From positions 2,207 to 66,206 of the forward strand of contig VFGV01000020.1 in NCBI GenBank assembly GCA_009392275.1: a stretch of 64,000 nt of DNA, in the 5' to 3' direction. A model generated the notes under the pieces. The model made no database searches and was not told the origin of the DNA. It saw nothing but the letters and a program-made list of their open reading frames with translations. Below are positions 10,815 through 20,955 of this stretch, piece by piece. A program made the translations under genes and the position numbers. Source of the stretch: SAR202 cluster bacterium. GTDB lineage: Bacteria > Chloroflexota > Dehalococcoidia > Lucifugimonadales > UBA2962. Each line of letters begins with the position of its first letter. Positions within the stretch are counted from its first letter, which is position 1.

Positions 10815-10839
10815 GTAAACCTCTTTTTCTTATAAATAG

Positions 10840-10914
10840 TGGCTCCGCAGGTAAGATTCGAACTTACGACCGGTCGGTTAACAGCCGACTGCTCTACCAC
10901 TGAGCTACTGCGGA
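10840..10914 (-). tRNA. tRNA-Asn (GTT)
   Basis: Reverse complement TCCGCAGTAGCTCAGTGGTAGAGCAGTCGGCTGTTAACCGACCGGTCGTAAGTTCGAATCTTACCTGCGGAGCCA: cloverleaf, GTT anticodon, TTCGAA T-loop and encoded CCA. Confidence 0.97.
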
Positions 10915-10976
10915 ATAAATGCACATTAATAATGCTCAGGATTCATTATGATCAACGAAAATTATACCATCAGATA

Positions 10977-11576
10977 TTAGTCTACCCAAGGCAAGGCTTG
11001 AATACCATAGTAGCAAGAATAAGCTACTATTAATCCTTTAAGAATCTTCCCCACAAATACTATTAAGAAAAACTTTTTTACAGGATATTTTGTTGCGCCG
11101 GCCGCTATGCCGACTATATCAAATAAAGGATTCGGAATAATTGACACAATGAATATGACCAAAGCTCCTCTTTTCTCCATCCAATCCTTAACCCATCGAT
11201 ATACCCTGCTTTTATCTAAAAGGCCTTTGCCTCCGAATCCAACAGCATAGCCTGTTACTTCTCCAATTGTCTCACCGATAGCAGCTAATAATCCCAACGT
11301 AAACGGATTTAGAATCGCACTAACTGTACATAGAGAAATCAGGCCAGGCACAGGAAGCACCATAGATGCGCTGCCAAGTAAGCTTAGGAAAAATACCCCT
11401 GGGTAACCAACCGTGCTTAACCCGCTAGCAACATCTTTTAAAAAGTATGCCCCTACAACCATTCCAATACCAAGTAATAAAAAGGCAACTTGGACGTATC
11501 GGTTACTCGTGAAGTTATCACTTAAGTAAACCCGACTAAAAAACCTGCTGGCAGCATCCCAAGATAAAGTTTTCAT
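10977..11576 (-). CDS. VTT/DedA (SNARE-associated) family membrane protein
   Basis: Hydrophobic protein with LPVPG, GETIGEVTGYAVG and IPNPLFDIVGIAAG motifs. Confidence 0.85.
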   Translation of the reverse strand: MKTLSWDAASRFFSRVYLSDNFTSNRYVQVAFLLLGIGMVVGAYFLKDVASGLSTVGYPGVFFLSLLGSASMVLPVPGLISLCTVSAILNPFTLGLLAAIGETIGEVTGYAVGFGGKGLLDKSRVYRWVKDWMEKRGALVIFIVSIIPNPLFDIVGIAAGATKYPVKKFFLIVFVGKILKGLIVAYSCYYGIQALPWVD

Positions 11577-11688
11577 TAAATAAATATGGCCTTATAACTT
11601 GATCAGGTGGCCATTCTATTGCAATACGCAGCAGAAACACATAACTATTAATTTTTAAAAGGTAATTTTATTTAAATTAGAATAGTTA

Positions 11689-14139
11689 TTAGGCTTTCGC
11701 AGTAGTCTTTGACTTCCGAAACTTAAGCTCCCCGTCGCTTGCGTTCACAGTCACAGAATCGCCTTCACTTAATTCACCTGACAAAATCTTTTTAGACAGC
11801 TCATTTTCTAAGTTCTTCTGAATAGCGCGCCTCAAAGGTCTCGCACCATATACTGGATCAAAACCATGGTTTACAAACCACTCTCGAGAAGACTTAGTCA
11901 ATTTAATAGTGATACCACGCTCCTCTAACCTATTAGATACCTCTTCTACCATTAGATCAACGATCTGCCCTATCTCACCTGTAGTCAATGCATCGAAAAC
12001 AATTACATCATCTATTCTGTTAAGAAATTCAGGCCTAAATTTTTCTTTTAAAGCTTCGTTGATTGCGTTAAGTCTTCGTTGCGGTTCACGTTTCGATTCA
12101 CTCTGCGCAACGAACCCAACCGATTCCTTGCCTGCCTCAGCTGTACCAAGGTTGCTAGTTAATATTACAAGAGTATTCCTGAAATCAACTGTTCTTCCAT
12201 GACTATCAGTTAACCGGCCATCCTCTAATATCTGTAAAAGAATATTGAACACGTCTGGATGAGCTTTTTCAATTTCATCAAAAAGCACCACTCTAAATGG
12301 TCTCTTTCTAACTGCCTCTGTTAGTTGGCCTCCTTCATCAAAACCGACGTAACCTGGAGGTGCGCCAATTAACCTAGATACTGAGTGTTTTTCCATATAC
12401 TCAGACATGTCTAGGCGAACCAAGTTCTGCTCATCATCGAAAAGATACTGCGTCAAAGCTCTGGCTAATTCCGTTTTGCCAACCCCTGTGGGTCCAAGGA
12501 AAATAAAACTACCAATTGGCCTATTTGGATCACTTAATCCAGACCTGGCCCTCCTAATAGCATCCGACACTGCAGAGACTGCTTTATCCTGGCCGATTAC
12601 ACGATTATGTAATCTTTCTTCCATATGCAATAATCTTTCGCTTTCAGTTTCTAAAAGTCGATGCACTGGAATGCCAGTCCAACTAGATACCAAACTTCCG
12701 ATTTGGTCGGCAGTCACCACCATATCCCCGTCGATTACAGGTACTGTTGCATTCTTTTGATTTTTGTATTCGTCTTCTAATCGAAGTCTTTCAGATCTGA
12801 GCTCAGCAGCAGTTTGATATTCTCCTCTTTGAGCAGATGCCTGCTCCTCATGTTCCAATCTGCGAAGCTGGTTTTCAATTTCTTTTAAACTAGGAGTCAG
12901 CGCCTGAGATTCGATTCTCAGCTTGCTGGCAGCTTCGTCTATTAAATCTACAGCTTTATCTGGTAAATGCCGATCAGTTATATACCTCTGACTTAATTTA
13001 ACTGCAGCATTCACAGCTTCATCGCTAACAGAAACTTTATGGTGTGCTTCATATTTTGGTCGTAGAGCATGTAACATTTCGACGGCAGTTTCCCTATCCG
13101 GCTCCTCCACCAATATTGCTTGAAATCTCCTCTCTAAAGCTGCATCTTTTTCGATGTACTTTCGATATTCAGTCTCTGTGGTAGCACCCATGCATTGAAG
13201 TTCACCACGTGCTAATGCAGGCTTCATCATGTTACTTGCATCAATTGCCCCATCTGCTGCACCTGCTCCTACCACAGTATGAATTTCATCAATAAATAAG
13301 ATAATTTCTCCACGAGCTTCCCTAATTTCATCAAGAACGGCCTTCAGTCTATCCTCAAACTCTCCTCGAAATTTACTACCTGCAACCATTGAGCCCATTT
13401 CGAGCGCTAATACACGCCTCCCTTTCAACTCTTCAGGCACATCTCCAGTAACGATTCGTTGTGCCAGCCCCTCAGCTACTGCCGTTTTACCAACCCCTGC
13501 AGCTCCTATAACAACAGGGTTGTTTTTTGTTCTTCTTATCAAGGTTTGCATAGCCCTGGTTATTTCTTCATCTCTGCCTATGACCGGATCAAGCTTTCCT
13601 CGTTCAGCCAGGTCAGTTAAATCAACGCTGAATTTCTCTAAAGACCTATATCGCGATTCAGCCCTTTGATCAGTAACCCTGTGACTTCCTCTAACTGACT
13701 GCAATGCTTGGTAGACCTTTTCCAATGTAATATGAGCTTGGCTAAAAAGGTTATCTAATGCGCGGCCATTGTTTTCTTCGTTCTTGACCACTGCAAGTAA
13801 TAAGTGTTCGACACTAATGTACTCATCATTAAGTCTTTCTGCTTCCTTTTTAGCAGTTTCCATAACAACCGCAATACGAGGAGTCATATAAACCTGAGAT
13901 ATCGGCCTGTTTGCCACAGGAACGGATTCAAGAATCTGCTTTACTGATGATTTAAATGAATCTATTGAAACACCTAGTCCATCAAACAAATCAAACGCAA
14001 CGCCATCCTTTTCATCTAGCATTGCCAATAAAAGATGCTCAGTGTCCCACTGAGTATGCATATACTGTGCAAGTATCTCTTGTGATTTCTGGATAACTGC
14101 TAATGCTTTCTCTGTAAATTGTTCTGGTCTTAATACCAT
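11689..14139 (-). CDS. clpC: ClpC-type Clp protease ATP-binding subunit (Hsp100)
   Basis: Two Clp-N repeats (TEHLLL, VEHLLL); two AAA+ modules (GAAGVGKT/IDEIH and GPTGVGKTE/FDEIEK); short middle domain; a VGF ClpP-docking-like loop. Confidence 0.88.
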   Translation of the reverse strand: MVLRPEQFTEKALAVIQKSQEILAQYMHTQWDTEHLLLAMLDEKDGVAFDLFDGLGVSIDSFKSSVKQILESVPVANRPISQVYMTPRIAVVMETAKKEAERLNDEYISVEHLLLAVVKNEENNGRALDNLFSQAHITLEKVYQALQSVRGSHRVTDQRAESRYRSLEKFSVDLTDLAERGKLDPVIGRDEEITRAMQTLIRRTKNNPVVIGAAGVGKTAVAEGLAQRIVTGDVPEELKGRRVLALEMGSMVAGSKFRGEFEDRLKAVLDEIREARGEIILFIDEIHTVVGAGAADGAIDASNMMKPALARGELQCMGATTETEYRKYIEKDAALERRFQAILVEEPDRETAVEMLHALRPKYEAHHKVSVSDEAVNAAVKLSQRYITDRHLPDKAVDLIDEAASKLRIESQALTPSLKEIENQLRRLEHEEQASAQRGEYQTAAELRSERLRLEDEYKNQKNATVPVIDGDMVVTADQIGSLVSSWTGIPVHRLLETESERLLHMEERLHNRVIGQDKAVSAVSDAIRRARSGLSDPNRPIGSFIFLGPTGVGKTELARALTQYLFDDEQNLVRLDMSEYMEKHSVSRLIGAPPGYVGFDEGGQLTEAVRKRPFRVVLFDEIEKAHPDVFNILLQILEDGRLTDSHGRTVDFRNTLVILTSNLGTAEAGKESVGFVAQSESKREPQRRLNAINEALKEKFRPEFLNRIDDVIVFDALTTGEIGQIVDLMVEEVSNRLEERGITIKLTKSSREWFVNHGFDPVYGARPLRRAIQKNLENELSKKILSGELSEGDSVTVNASDGELKFRKSKTTAKA

Positions 14140-14323
14140 GATTCCTAACCTCGTTATACTTCAATTCAAAACTATCAATTAAATACGTGTTATATTTGTA
14201 ATTAATGTGAAGTAGTTACAGGTCGATTATACATTTATGCTGCGTATTAGTCAATAAAGTTTAGTCGAATCATATCAAGATGATTTTTAAAGTAATTGGA
14301 CTGGCAAAGGTTAAAATATATAA

Positions 14324-15295
14324 ATGGTAAAAGAGGAAATTCTTTTAGTTAAAGATCTACACACCTATTTTGAAAGCCCAGGCGGTACAAAAAGAGCGAT
14401 CCAAAATATTTCTTTATCACTGTCAAAGAAACAAGTGCTGGGAATTATAGGTGAAAGTGGCTCAGGAAAAACAACTATAGGTTTATCAATAATGCGGCTT
14501 ATCGGCTCGGATGGTCGCATTGAAAAAGGAGTTATTCATCTAGGGCAAAGAGACATATTAAGTGTCCCAGAAGCTGAAATGCGTGCAATTAGAGGGAAAG
14601 ATATCTCTATGACATTTGAAAATTCCTCATCCATACTTAATCCATCCAATTCTATTGGCGACCAGATACGGGAAATTATTGGAATTCATACTAACTTAAC
14701 TTACAAAGAATCTAATGAATTAACTTTGCAAAGTTTGAACGACATAGGAATACAAAACGCGCGCAATGTTATGGAGATGCAACCCCGACAACTCAGCGCA
14801 GGAGCATGTCAAAAAGTCATGCTAGTAATGTCGACAATATTACAGCCAAAAGTGCTTATAACAGATGAAATAACGCGTAACCTAGACATAATTACGCAGG
14901 CTCAAATTTCTGATCATTTTAGAAGAAGAATTTCTAAAACAGACATATCAACTCTTTTGCTCACGAATGATCCTGGGATTCTAGCCCAGCTAGCAGACAC
15001 CGTAATAGTTATATATAAAGGTCGCAAACTTGAACAAGCTCCGATCCAAGAAATATTTAAACGACCAATGCATCCATATACATTTCAACTTTTGCGCCCA
15101 ATGGAAAATCGAAAACTTAAGACCATGAGATCAGAATCAATTGATGAATCTGTCGACCCCGACATTTGCCCACTGGTTGCAAAATGTCAACGGGCAATTT
15201 CAAAATGCAGGGCATCAGAAATGCCAAATGAGACTGAAATAGAAACCGGGCATCAAGTAGCTTGCTACAACCCTATATCGGTTCCAATAGACTAA
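14324..15295 (+). CDS. Oligopeptide/dipeptide-type ABC ATP-binding protein (OppD-like, degenerate motifs)
   Basis: Walker A GESGSGKT; PMHPYT and a C-terminal C...C...C...VACY cluster. The signature reads LSAGACQ and the H-loop reads LTND. Confidence 0.8.
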   Translation: MVKEEILLVKDLHTYFESPGGTKRAIQNISLSLSKKQVLGIIGESGSGKTTIGLSIMRLIGSDGRIEKGVIHLGQRDILSVPEAEMRAIRGKDISMTFENSSSILNPSNSIGDQIREIIGIHTNLTYKESNELTLQSLNDIGIQNARNVMEMQPRQLSAGACQKVMLVMSTILQPKVLITDEITRNLDIITQAQISDHFRRRISKTDISTLLLTNDPGILAQLADTVIVIYKGRKLEQAPIQEIFKRPMHPYTFQLLRPMENRKLKTMRSESIDESVDPDICPLVAKCQRAISKCRASEMPNETEIETGHQVACYNPISVPID

Positions 15296-16257
15296 TTATT
15301 AAGCAACGCAAACTCACCCAGCAACATTTCTAAAGCTAACATATCACTTAGTTTACCTGACTTTATTTTCTCGTCAGTCTCAGCTAGTAACCTATGGGCC
15401 TTCATCAATTTAGTTAAGCTGTGACGAGGAACTTCTTCTAATAGCTTATCCATAGCATAGCCATGAAGATTTAATTGTTTTGACAAATCATTGTTACTTA
15501 CTCCTGCTCCTTGCGACATCTTAGCAGTAATAAGAAGACGAACTTGTCTATGAATCATCGCAAGAATGTATCCAGGCGACTCTGAACCATTTAATAAAGT
15601 CTTTACCGACACCATAGCCTGCGGGTTACCATTTAATGCCATATCCACAGCTCTAAATATACTTTCTTGGTGATTGTCAGTGGTTAGAAGATTGATGTCG
15701 CTGCTATTAATCTGCCTACCAGTTGCATACAAGATAAGTTTTTCAATTTCAGAATCTAAAGCCCATGTATTAGAACCCACAAGGTGTGCCAGCCTAGTTA
15801 CAGCCTTGGCATCTATATCCCCACCTTTACCATTAACACGATCTTGAATCCATCTGTTAATTGCTCCTCCACGAGGCATAGCAAATTCCCTGACTGAAGC
15901 CAAATCTGCAATTTGCTTAAACATCGAACTGCTTTTAAATGAATCTTGGCTTTCTCTAAACAATAAATCGTTGGTTGGGGGAATGTTTTCTGTTATTTCT
16001 CGCAAATTGCCCCAACCTTTCGTGGCTTTACCCTTGCCTCGAGACTTAGAGAAAAAATCATTCACTATAACTAATCGTCTTTCCGATAAAAATGGCATAG
16101 CTGACACTGAAGCCGCTAACTCTTCTGGGTTAACTGATTGTTTATCAATACGAATGACATTATGATCCCGTAAATCATTGTTTCCAACATTATTTATAAG
16201 CTCTTGGGTAGCTTCCAAGATAGATAATTCGTCGTCACCGTAAAATAGATATATCAA
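15292..16257 (-). CDS. holA: DNA polymerase III delta subunit
   Basis: MIYLFYGDD, MPFLSERRLVIV, EIEKLILY and TDEKIKSG. Confidence 0.92.
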   Translation of the reverse strand: MIYLFYGDDELSILEATQELINNVGNNDLRDHNVIRIDKQSVNPEELAASVSAMPFLSERRLVIVNDFFSKSRGKGKATKGWGNLREITENIPPTNDLLFRESQDSFKSSSMFKQIADLASVREFAMPRGGAINRWIQDRVNGKGGDIDAKAVTRLAHLVGSNTWALDSEIEKLILYATGRQINSSDINLLTTDNHQESIFRAVDMALNGNPQAMVSVKTLLNGSESPGYILAMIHRQVRLLITAKMSQGAGVSNNDLSKQLNLHGYAMDKLLEEVPRHSLTKLMKAHRLLAETDEKIKSGKLSDMLALEMLLGEFALLNN

Positions 16258-16296
16258 CTATGTAATTCCATATAATTCAAAGATTATGTATGCTGG

Positions 16297-16698
16297 TTGC
16301 CTTACTTGTATAATGATCCATATCAGACTAAAGAAAAGCGCAGAGTAAAACTATACTTGTTGTCAATATTACGCCTACTTCCCTATACAAAGATACCTAG
16401 CCTCACAATTCGCCTTATGTTAGATAAGCGGGTTTCATTACGTTCTAAATTAATAATACCCGTTGCCTTAATATATTTTTTTTCTCCGATTGATTTAATT
16501 CCCGATATTATTTTACCTTTTGGTAGAATCGACGATATCATCTGCCTCGTTTTGGCGCCAATATTTTTTATTTGCACATGCCCCTTAGACGTTGTAAAGG
16601 AATATATAGGCGGGAATAAAAAGCAGGGCAAAAAAGATTCTGTGCTTGAGGCAGATTACCGTCACGTCGAAAATACTTCAGAAGAAAAAGAGAAATAA
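16297..16698 (+). CDS. YkvA/DUF1232 family membrane protein (start uncertain)
   Basis: YFFSPIDLIPDIILPFGRIDD motif. Confidence 0.85.
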   Translation: MPYLYNDPYQTKEKRRVKLYLLSILRLLPYTKIPSLTIRLMLDKRVSLRSKLIIPVALIYFFSPIDLIPDIILPFGRIDDIICLVLAPIFFICTCPLDVVKEYIGGNKKQGKKDSVLEADYRHVENTSEEKEK

Positions 16699-16700
16699 CA

Positions 16701-17786
16701 ATGCAAGTTGGAATTGTTGGATTACCTCAAAGTGGAAAAACCACATTATTTAAAGCGGCAACAAGAGGAAAAGTACAGAGCGGAGGTAAACACGATTTAT
16801 CTCGCGGCATCGCTAAAATAGAAGACGCTAGATTGAATCTACTCAGCGAGATACATGATTCACAAAAGACTACGTCTGCTGAAGTACTTTATCTCGACAG
16901 CCCTCCACTAAAGGAAGGTTTCGGAAAGCACGTAGGCATAGAGGGCGATCTCTTAGCTCATCTTCAAGCGTGTGACGAACTGGTTATTGTGACAAGAGAA
17001 TTTATCAATGACTCTGTTGCCCATATTCATGAGACGTTAGACCCAGCAAGAGATGTGGTTGAATTTTTGATGGACCTATCTTTTGTTGATCAAGGAATCT
17101 TAGAAAGAAGACTTTCAAAACTAAACGATAGTTTGAAAAGCACCAAAACTAAAGATAAAGAGCCAATCATTAAGGAACAGGAATTACTTAATCGAATATC
17201 TGCATCTCTTAACGAGGGTAAATTAGCATATCAAGCGATTAACACCACTCAAGAAGCAAAATCCATAAAAGGGTTTGGCCTGTTAACAACAAAACCTTTA
17301 ATCGTAGCGGCTAATATAGATGAGAATTCCATACTTTCGTCTTCTGATATTGAAAATGAAATTTGCCAAGCAATTGGAAATAATACCAAGGTGATTTCAA
17401 TATGTGCAAAATTAGAGGCAGAGCTATCTGAAATGAACCCAGAAGATGAAATGGAGTTCAGAAGTGAATTGCATATTGAAGAATCAGGGATTAATCGCCT
17501 TGTTAGTGCTTCCTATGAATCTCTAGGTTTAATAACCTTTTTTACTACAGGTCCCGATGAAACGAGGGCCTGGTCAATTAAAAATGGAACTGAAGCACAA
17601 GTGGCAGCTGGTCAAATTCACAGTGATATACAACGGGGATTTATAAGAGCAGAAATCATATCTTATGAAGCACTAATTAAGTCAGGAAATGAAAATAAAG
17701 CGAGGACTAACGGACTACTAAGGCAAGAAGGTAAAAATTATACGATGCAAGACGGTGACGTGGTCAATTTCTTGTTCAATGTTTGA
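16701..17786 (+). CDS. ychF: YchF-family redox-regulated ATPase (divergent G motifs)
   Basis: GIVGLPQSGKTT, LLTTKP, LGLITFFTTGPDETRAW, AAGQIHSDIQRGFIRAE and EGKNYTMQDGDVVNFLFNV. Confidence 0.9.
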   Translation: MQVGIVGLPQSGKTTLFKAATRGKVQSGGKHDLSRGIAKIEDARLNLLSEIHDSQKTTSAEVLYLDSPPLKEGFGKHVGIEGDLLAHLQACDELVIVTREFINDSVAHIHETLDPARDVVEFLMDLSFVDQGILERRLSKLNDSLKSTKTKDKEPIIKEQELLNRISASLNEGKLAYQAINTTQEAKSIKGFGLLTTKPLIVAANIDENSILSSSDIENEICQAIGNNTKVISICAKLEAELSEMNPEDEMEFRSELHIEESGINRLVSASYESLGLITFFTTGPDETRAWSIKNGTEAQVAAGQIHSDIQRGFIRAEIISYEALIKSGNENKARTNGLLRQEGKNYTMQDGDVVNFLFNV

Positions 17787-19014
17787 TTTAAAAACAGAAC
17801 AGATTAAAACGCTAGCCCTGTATATACATATACCGTTTTGTGCAACAAAATGTGTTTACTGTGACTTTAATACATACGCTGGTATTGAACACTTAATTGA
17901 CTCTTATATACATGCTCTAAACCTAGAAATTCAACTTTGGGGTAAAAAGTTAAATACGCCAAAGTTATCTACGATATTCTTTGGAGGCGGTACACCTTCT
18001 TACTTACGGGCAAGTCAACTTACAGAATTAATCCAATCGATTTCTGAGACATTTCATATTGAAAGTAACATTGAGATAACTCTAGAAGCGAACCCAGAAG
18101 ATATAAACAATCAAAAGTTAAGTGAATACCGAAGAATTGGAATAAATCGGTTAAGCATTGGCATTCAAGCTTTAGACGATCGACTATTAAAAATATTAGG
18201 CAGAAGACATGATGCAGAGTCTTCAATAGATGCTTTGAATAAAACACTAGATTTTGGTTTTGCAAATACCAGTGCAGATTTAATGTATGGTCTGCCAAAC
18301 CAGTCGCTAGAAGATTGGTGTAAAACATTAGAAATGGTATCAGGCCTAGGATTACCACATTTATCAATATATTGCCTTGGACTTGAAAAAGGAACTCCGA
18401 TGGCACAGTCAGTGGAGTTAGGAAAATTACCCGATCCTGACCCTGATTTAGCAGCTGAAATGTATGAATTCACAGTAAAACAATTGGGGGATCTCAAATA
18501 TCGTCATTATGAAATTTCTAACTGGGCTAAACCTGGATTTGAAAGTCAGCACAATATTAACTATTGGGAAAACCAGTTTTTCCTTGGACTAGGGCCAGGA
18601 GCGCATTCTTATATGCCAGGTATTAGGTTTTCAAATATAAAATCTCCACGAGAATATATTATGCGAATGGAAAATATTTCCAATGCACTAGAGGTCTCAA
18701 GAAATATGCAGGATGGAACTCAAATAATTGATGAGCTAGAAAACATCTCGGTAAACACTGAAATTTTAGATACATTAATGATGGGTCTTCGGTTAGAAAC
18801 GGGGGTATCTGAAGCGAGCTATTTTAAAAGGTTTGGGCATTCTTTATATCAAAAATGGAATGTCACAATAGATAATGCAATTTCTGACGGATTAATTAAG
18901 TGGGACAAAAATAATACGCGCCACAAGCCCAATAGGCATTTACAATTAACTGCAAAAGGCAAAATACTTAGCAATGAGGTTTTAGCGAGGTTCTTCGCTG
19001 ATGCTAAAAGCTAG
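17779..19014 (+). CDS. hemW: Radical SAM heme chaperone HemW
   Basis: LYIHIPFCATKCVYCDFN, FFGGGTPS, YEISNW, HNINYW and GLGPGAHS. ATG at 17779 overlaps the end of ychF. Confidence 0.92.
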   Translation: MFDLKTEQIKTLALYIHIPFCATKCVYCDFNTYAGIEHLIDSYIHALNLEIQLWGKKLNTPKLSTIFFGGGTPSYLRASQLTELIQSISETFHIESNIEITLEANPEDINNQKLSEYRRIGINRLSIGIQALDDRLLKILGRRHDAESSIDALNKTLDFGFANTSADLMYGLPNQSLEDWCKTLEMVSGLGLPHLSIYCLGLEKGTPMAQSVELGKLPDPDPDLAAEMYEFTVKQLGDLKYRHYEISNWAKPGFESQHNINYWENQFFLGLGPGAHSYMPGIRFSNIKSPREYIMRMENISNALEVSRNMQDGTQIIDELENISVNTEILDTLMMGLRLETGVSEASYFKRFGHSLYQKWNVTIDNAISDGLIKWDKNNTRHKPNRHLQLTAKGKILSNEVLARFFADAKS

Positions 19015-19080
19015 ATTGGCGTGTTGCTTAACACTTAGATTCAATACAGAGCGGTACACTTCTGCTATTCTTGTGGTCTT

Positions 19081-20955
19081 ATGTATATTATCGGAACTGC
19101 AGGACATGTCGATCACGGCAAATCTTCTCTTGTTAAAGCATTAACTGACATTGATCCAGATCGCCTCCAAGAAGAGAAGGATCGGGAACTCACGATTGAT
19201 TTAGGATACGCTTGGTTTGATCTTCCAGATCACAAAAATGTAAGCATTGTTGACGTCCCTGGTCACGAGAAATTTATCAACAACATGTTGGCAGGCGTAG
19301 GATCAATTGACATGGCGTTAGTTGTAATAGCAGCTGACGAATCAATAATGCCTCAAACTCGAGAACACATAGCAATTTTAGACCTATTGAAAATAAAAAA
19401 TGGCGCAATAGCCATAACTAAAACAGATCTTGTCGAAAAAGAAATGGTAGATTTGGTGAAAGAAGATATTAGAGAAGCTGTGCAGGGCTCTTTTCTGGAA
19501 AATGTCTCAGTGGTAACAGTATCAACAAAAACAGGCGATGGACTAAATACGCTAAAAGCCGTTATCAATGAAAACTTATCGAATATCGTAACTCCTCAGG
19601 ATATAGGACAACCTCGACTGTCTATAGATCGAAGTTTTAGTATGGATGGGTTTGGGACTATCGTTACAGGAAACTTGAGAGATGGCCATTTAGTGGTTGG
19701 CCAGGAGATAGAAATAGTTAACTCTGGTAAACGGTCCAGAATTCGCGCCCTCCAAACCCATGGTTCCGAAGTCAACAAAGCCATGCCCGGATCAAGAGTT
19801 GCACTAAATTTACCCGGTATTTCCGCTAAGAGCATTAGAAGGGGTGAAGTTGTGGCTGATATTGGCACTTTATCTCCCACAAATGCCTTTGATATTCATC
19901 TTAAGCTTCTCAAAAATCTACCGAATAATGTGAAGCATAACATGTTCGTAAACGTACATTTAGGTACAGATCAACAAATCGGTAAACTTCGATTACTTGA
20001 CTGCGACATAGCAGAATCAGGACAACAAGTCTGGGCTCAAATTAAACTTAAATCAGGACTTGTCACTCGAAAAAATGATTATTGCATTATTAGATCAAAT
20101 CAAGTGACTTTGGGGGGAGGAATAGTAGTAGAGCCACATGCAAAGCGACATAAACGAAATCATACGAAAACAATCGAATCTCTAAATTTAAAACGAACTG
20201 GATCTGTGAAAGATTTAGTAATTCTATCTACAGATAAACTAAATCCAGTCCAAATCAATTCTATGGTTAAAGAAACTCATTTACATGAAGATGTTGTTAA
20301 AAAAATTCTACCGGAAATGATCAAGTCAAAAACAATCGTCAAGATTCAATTCAATAAAATCAGTTATTATCAATCTTTATCCAAGTTTGAAGAGCAAACT
20401 GAGAGAATTAAAAATAATGTGTCAGATTATCACAAGGTTCACCCTAGTAAATTGGGTTTACCGAAAAATCAGCTCAATAATAGGTTAAATATGTCTTCAG
20501 AAAATGCTGATCTGATTTTAAATACTATGGTAACAACAGAAGAAATTATTATCGAAAATGGTTACATTAGATTGTCACACCATACTCCTGAATTATCGAA
20601 TAATGAAGAAGCAGATGCACAGTTATTTATGTCCATATTAAAAGAAAATAAGTATTCGCCTCCCACCAATTCACTGCCATCTACAGAAATAATTGAAAAC
20701 TTGATATTGAAAGGCAAAATTATCAAAATCAATGAGAAAATTTATTATGACGCCGAAATTTATAAAATTATGCTGTCTAAATTCGTGGATTTTCTAAACC
20801 AACATGAACAGATTAATATTAGTCAAGTAAAAGAGTTATTTGATATAAGCCGTAAATATGCGCTCGCTTTCGCGGAACATATGGATCAAAAACAAATCAG
20901 CAAACGTATAGGGGACATACGAATTTTGAAAACTGCAAAAAGAGAAGTTAAGTGA
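19081..20955 (+). CDS. selB: Selenocysteine-specific translation elongation factor
   Basis: GTAGHVDHGKS, ELTIDLGY, DVPGHEKF, TKTD, IDRSFSMDGFGT, and C-terminal winged helices ending ISRKYA. Confidence 0.95.
   Translation: MYIIGTAGHVDHGKSSLVKALTDIDPDRLQEEKDRELTIDLGYAWFDLPDHKNVSIVDVPGHEKFINNMLAGVGSIDMALVVIAADESIMPQTREHIAILDLLKIKNGAIAITKTDLVEKEMVDLVKEDIREAVQGSFLENVSVVTVSTKTGDGLNTLKAVINENLSNIVTPQDIGQPRLSIDRSFSMDGFGTIVTGNLRDGHLVVGQEIEIVNSGKRSRIRALQTHGSEVNKAMPGSRVALNLPGISAKSIRRGEVVADIGTLSPTNAFDIHLKLLKNLPNNVKHNMFVNVHLGTDQQIGKLRLLDCDIAESGQQVWAQIKLKSGLVTRKNDYCIIRSNQVTLGGGIVVEPHAKRHKRNHTKTIESLNLKRTGSVKDLVILSTDKLNPVQINSMVKETHLHEDVVKKILPEMIKSKTIVKIQFNKISYYQSLSKFEEQTERIKNNVSDYHKVHPSKLGLPKNQLNNRLNMSSENADLILNTMVTTEEIIIENGYIRLSHHTPELSNNEEADAQLFMSILKENKYSPPTNSLPSTEIIENLILKGKIIKINEKIYYDAEIYKIMLSKFVDFLNQHEQINISQVKELFDISRKYALAFAEHMDQKQISKRIGDIRILKTAKREVK

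Noticed and set aside
10839-11033. 64-aa ORF MAPQVRFELTT...
   Set aside because: It is the antisense reading of tRNA-Asn.
19081-20955. Possible selenoproteins (UGA readthrough) in the window, given selB
   Set aside because: MsrA has Cys (GCFWC), the FDH is the metal-independent type, and no gene looks truncated at a TGA in a catalytic Cys position.
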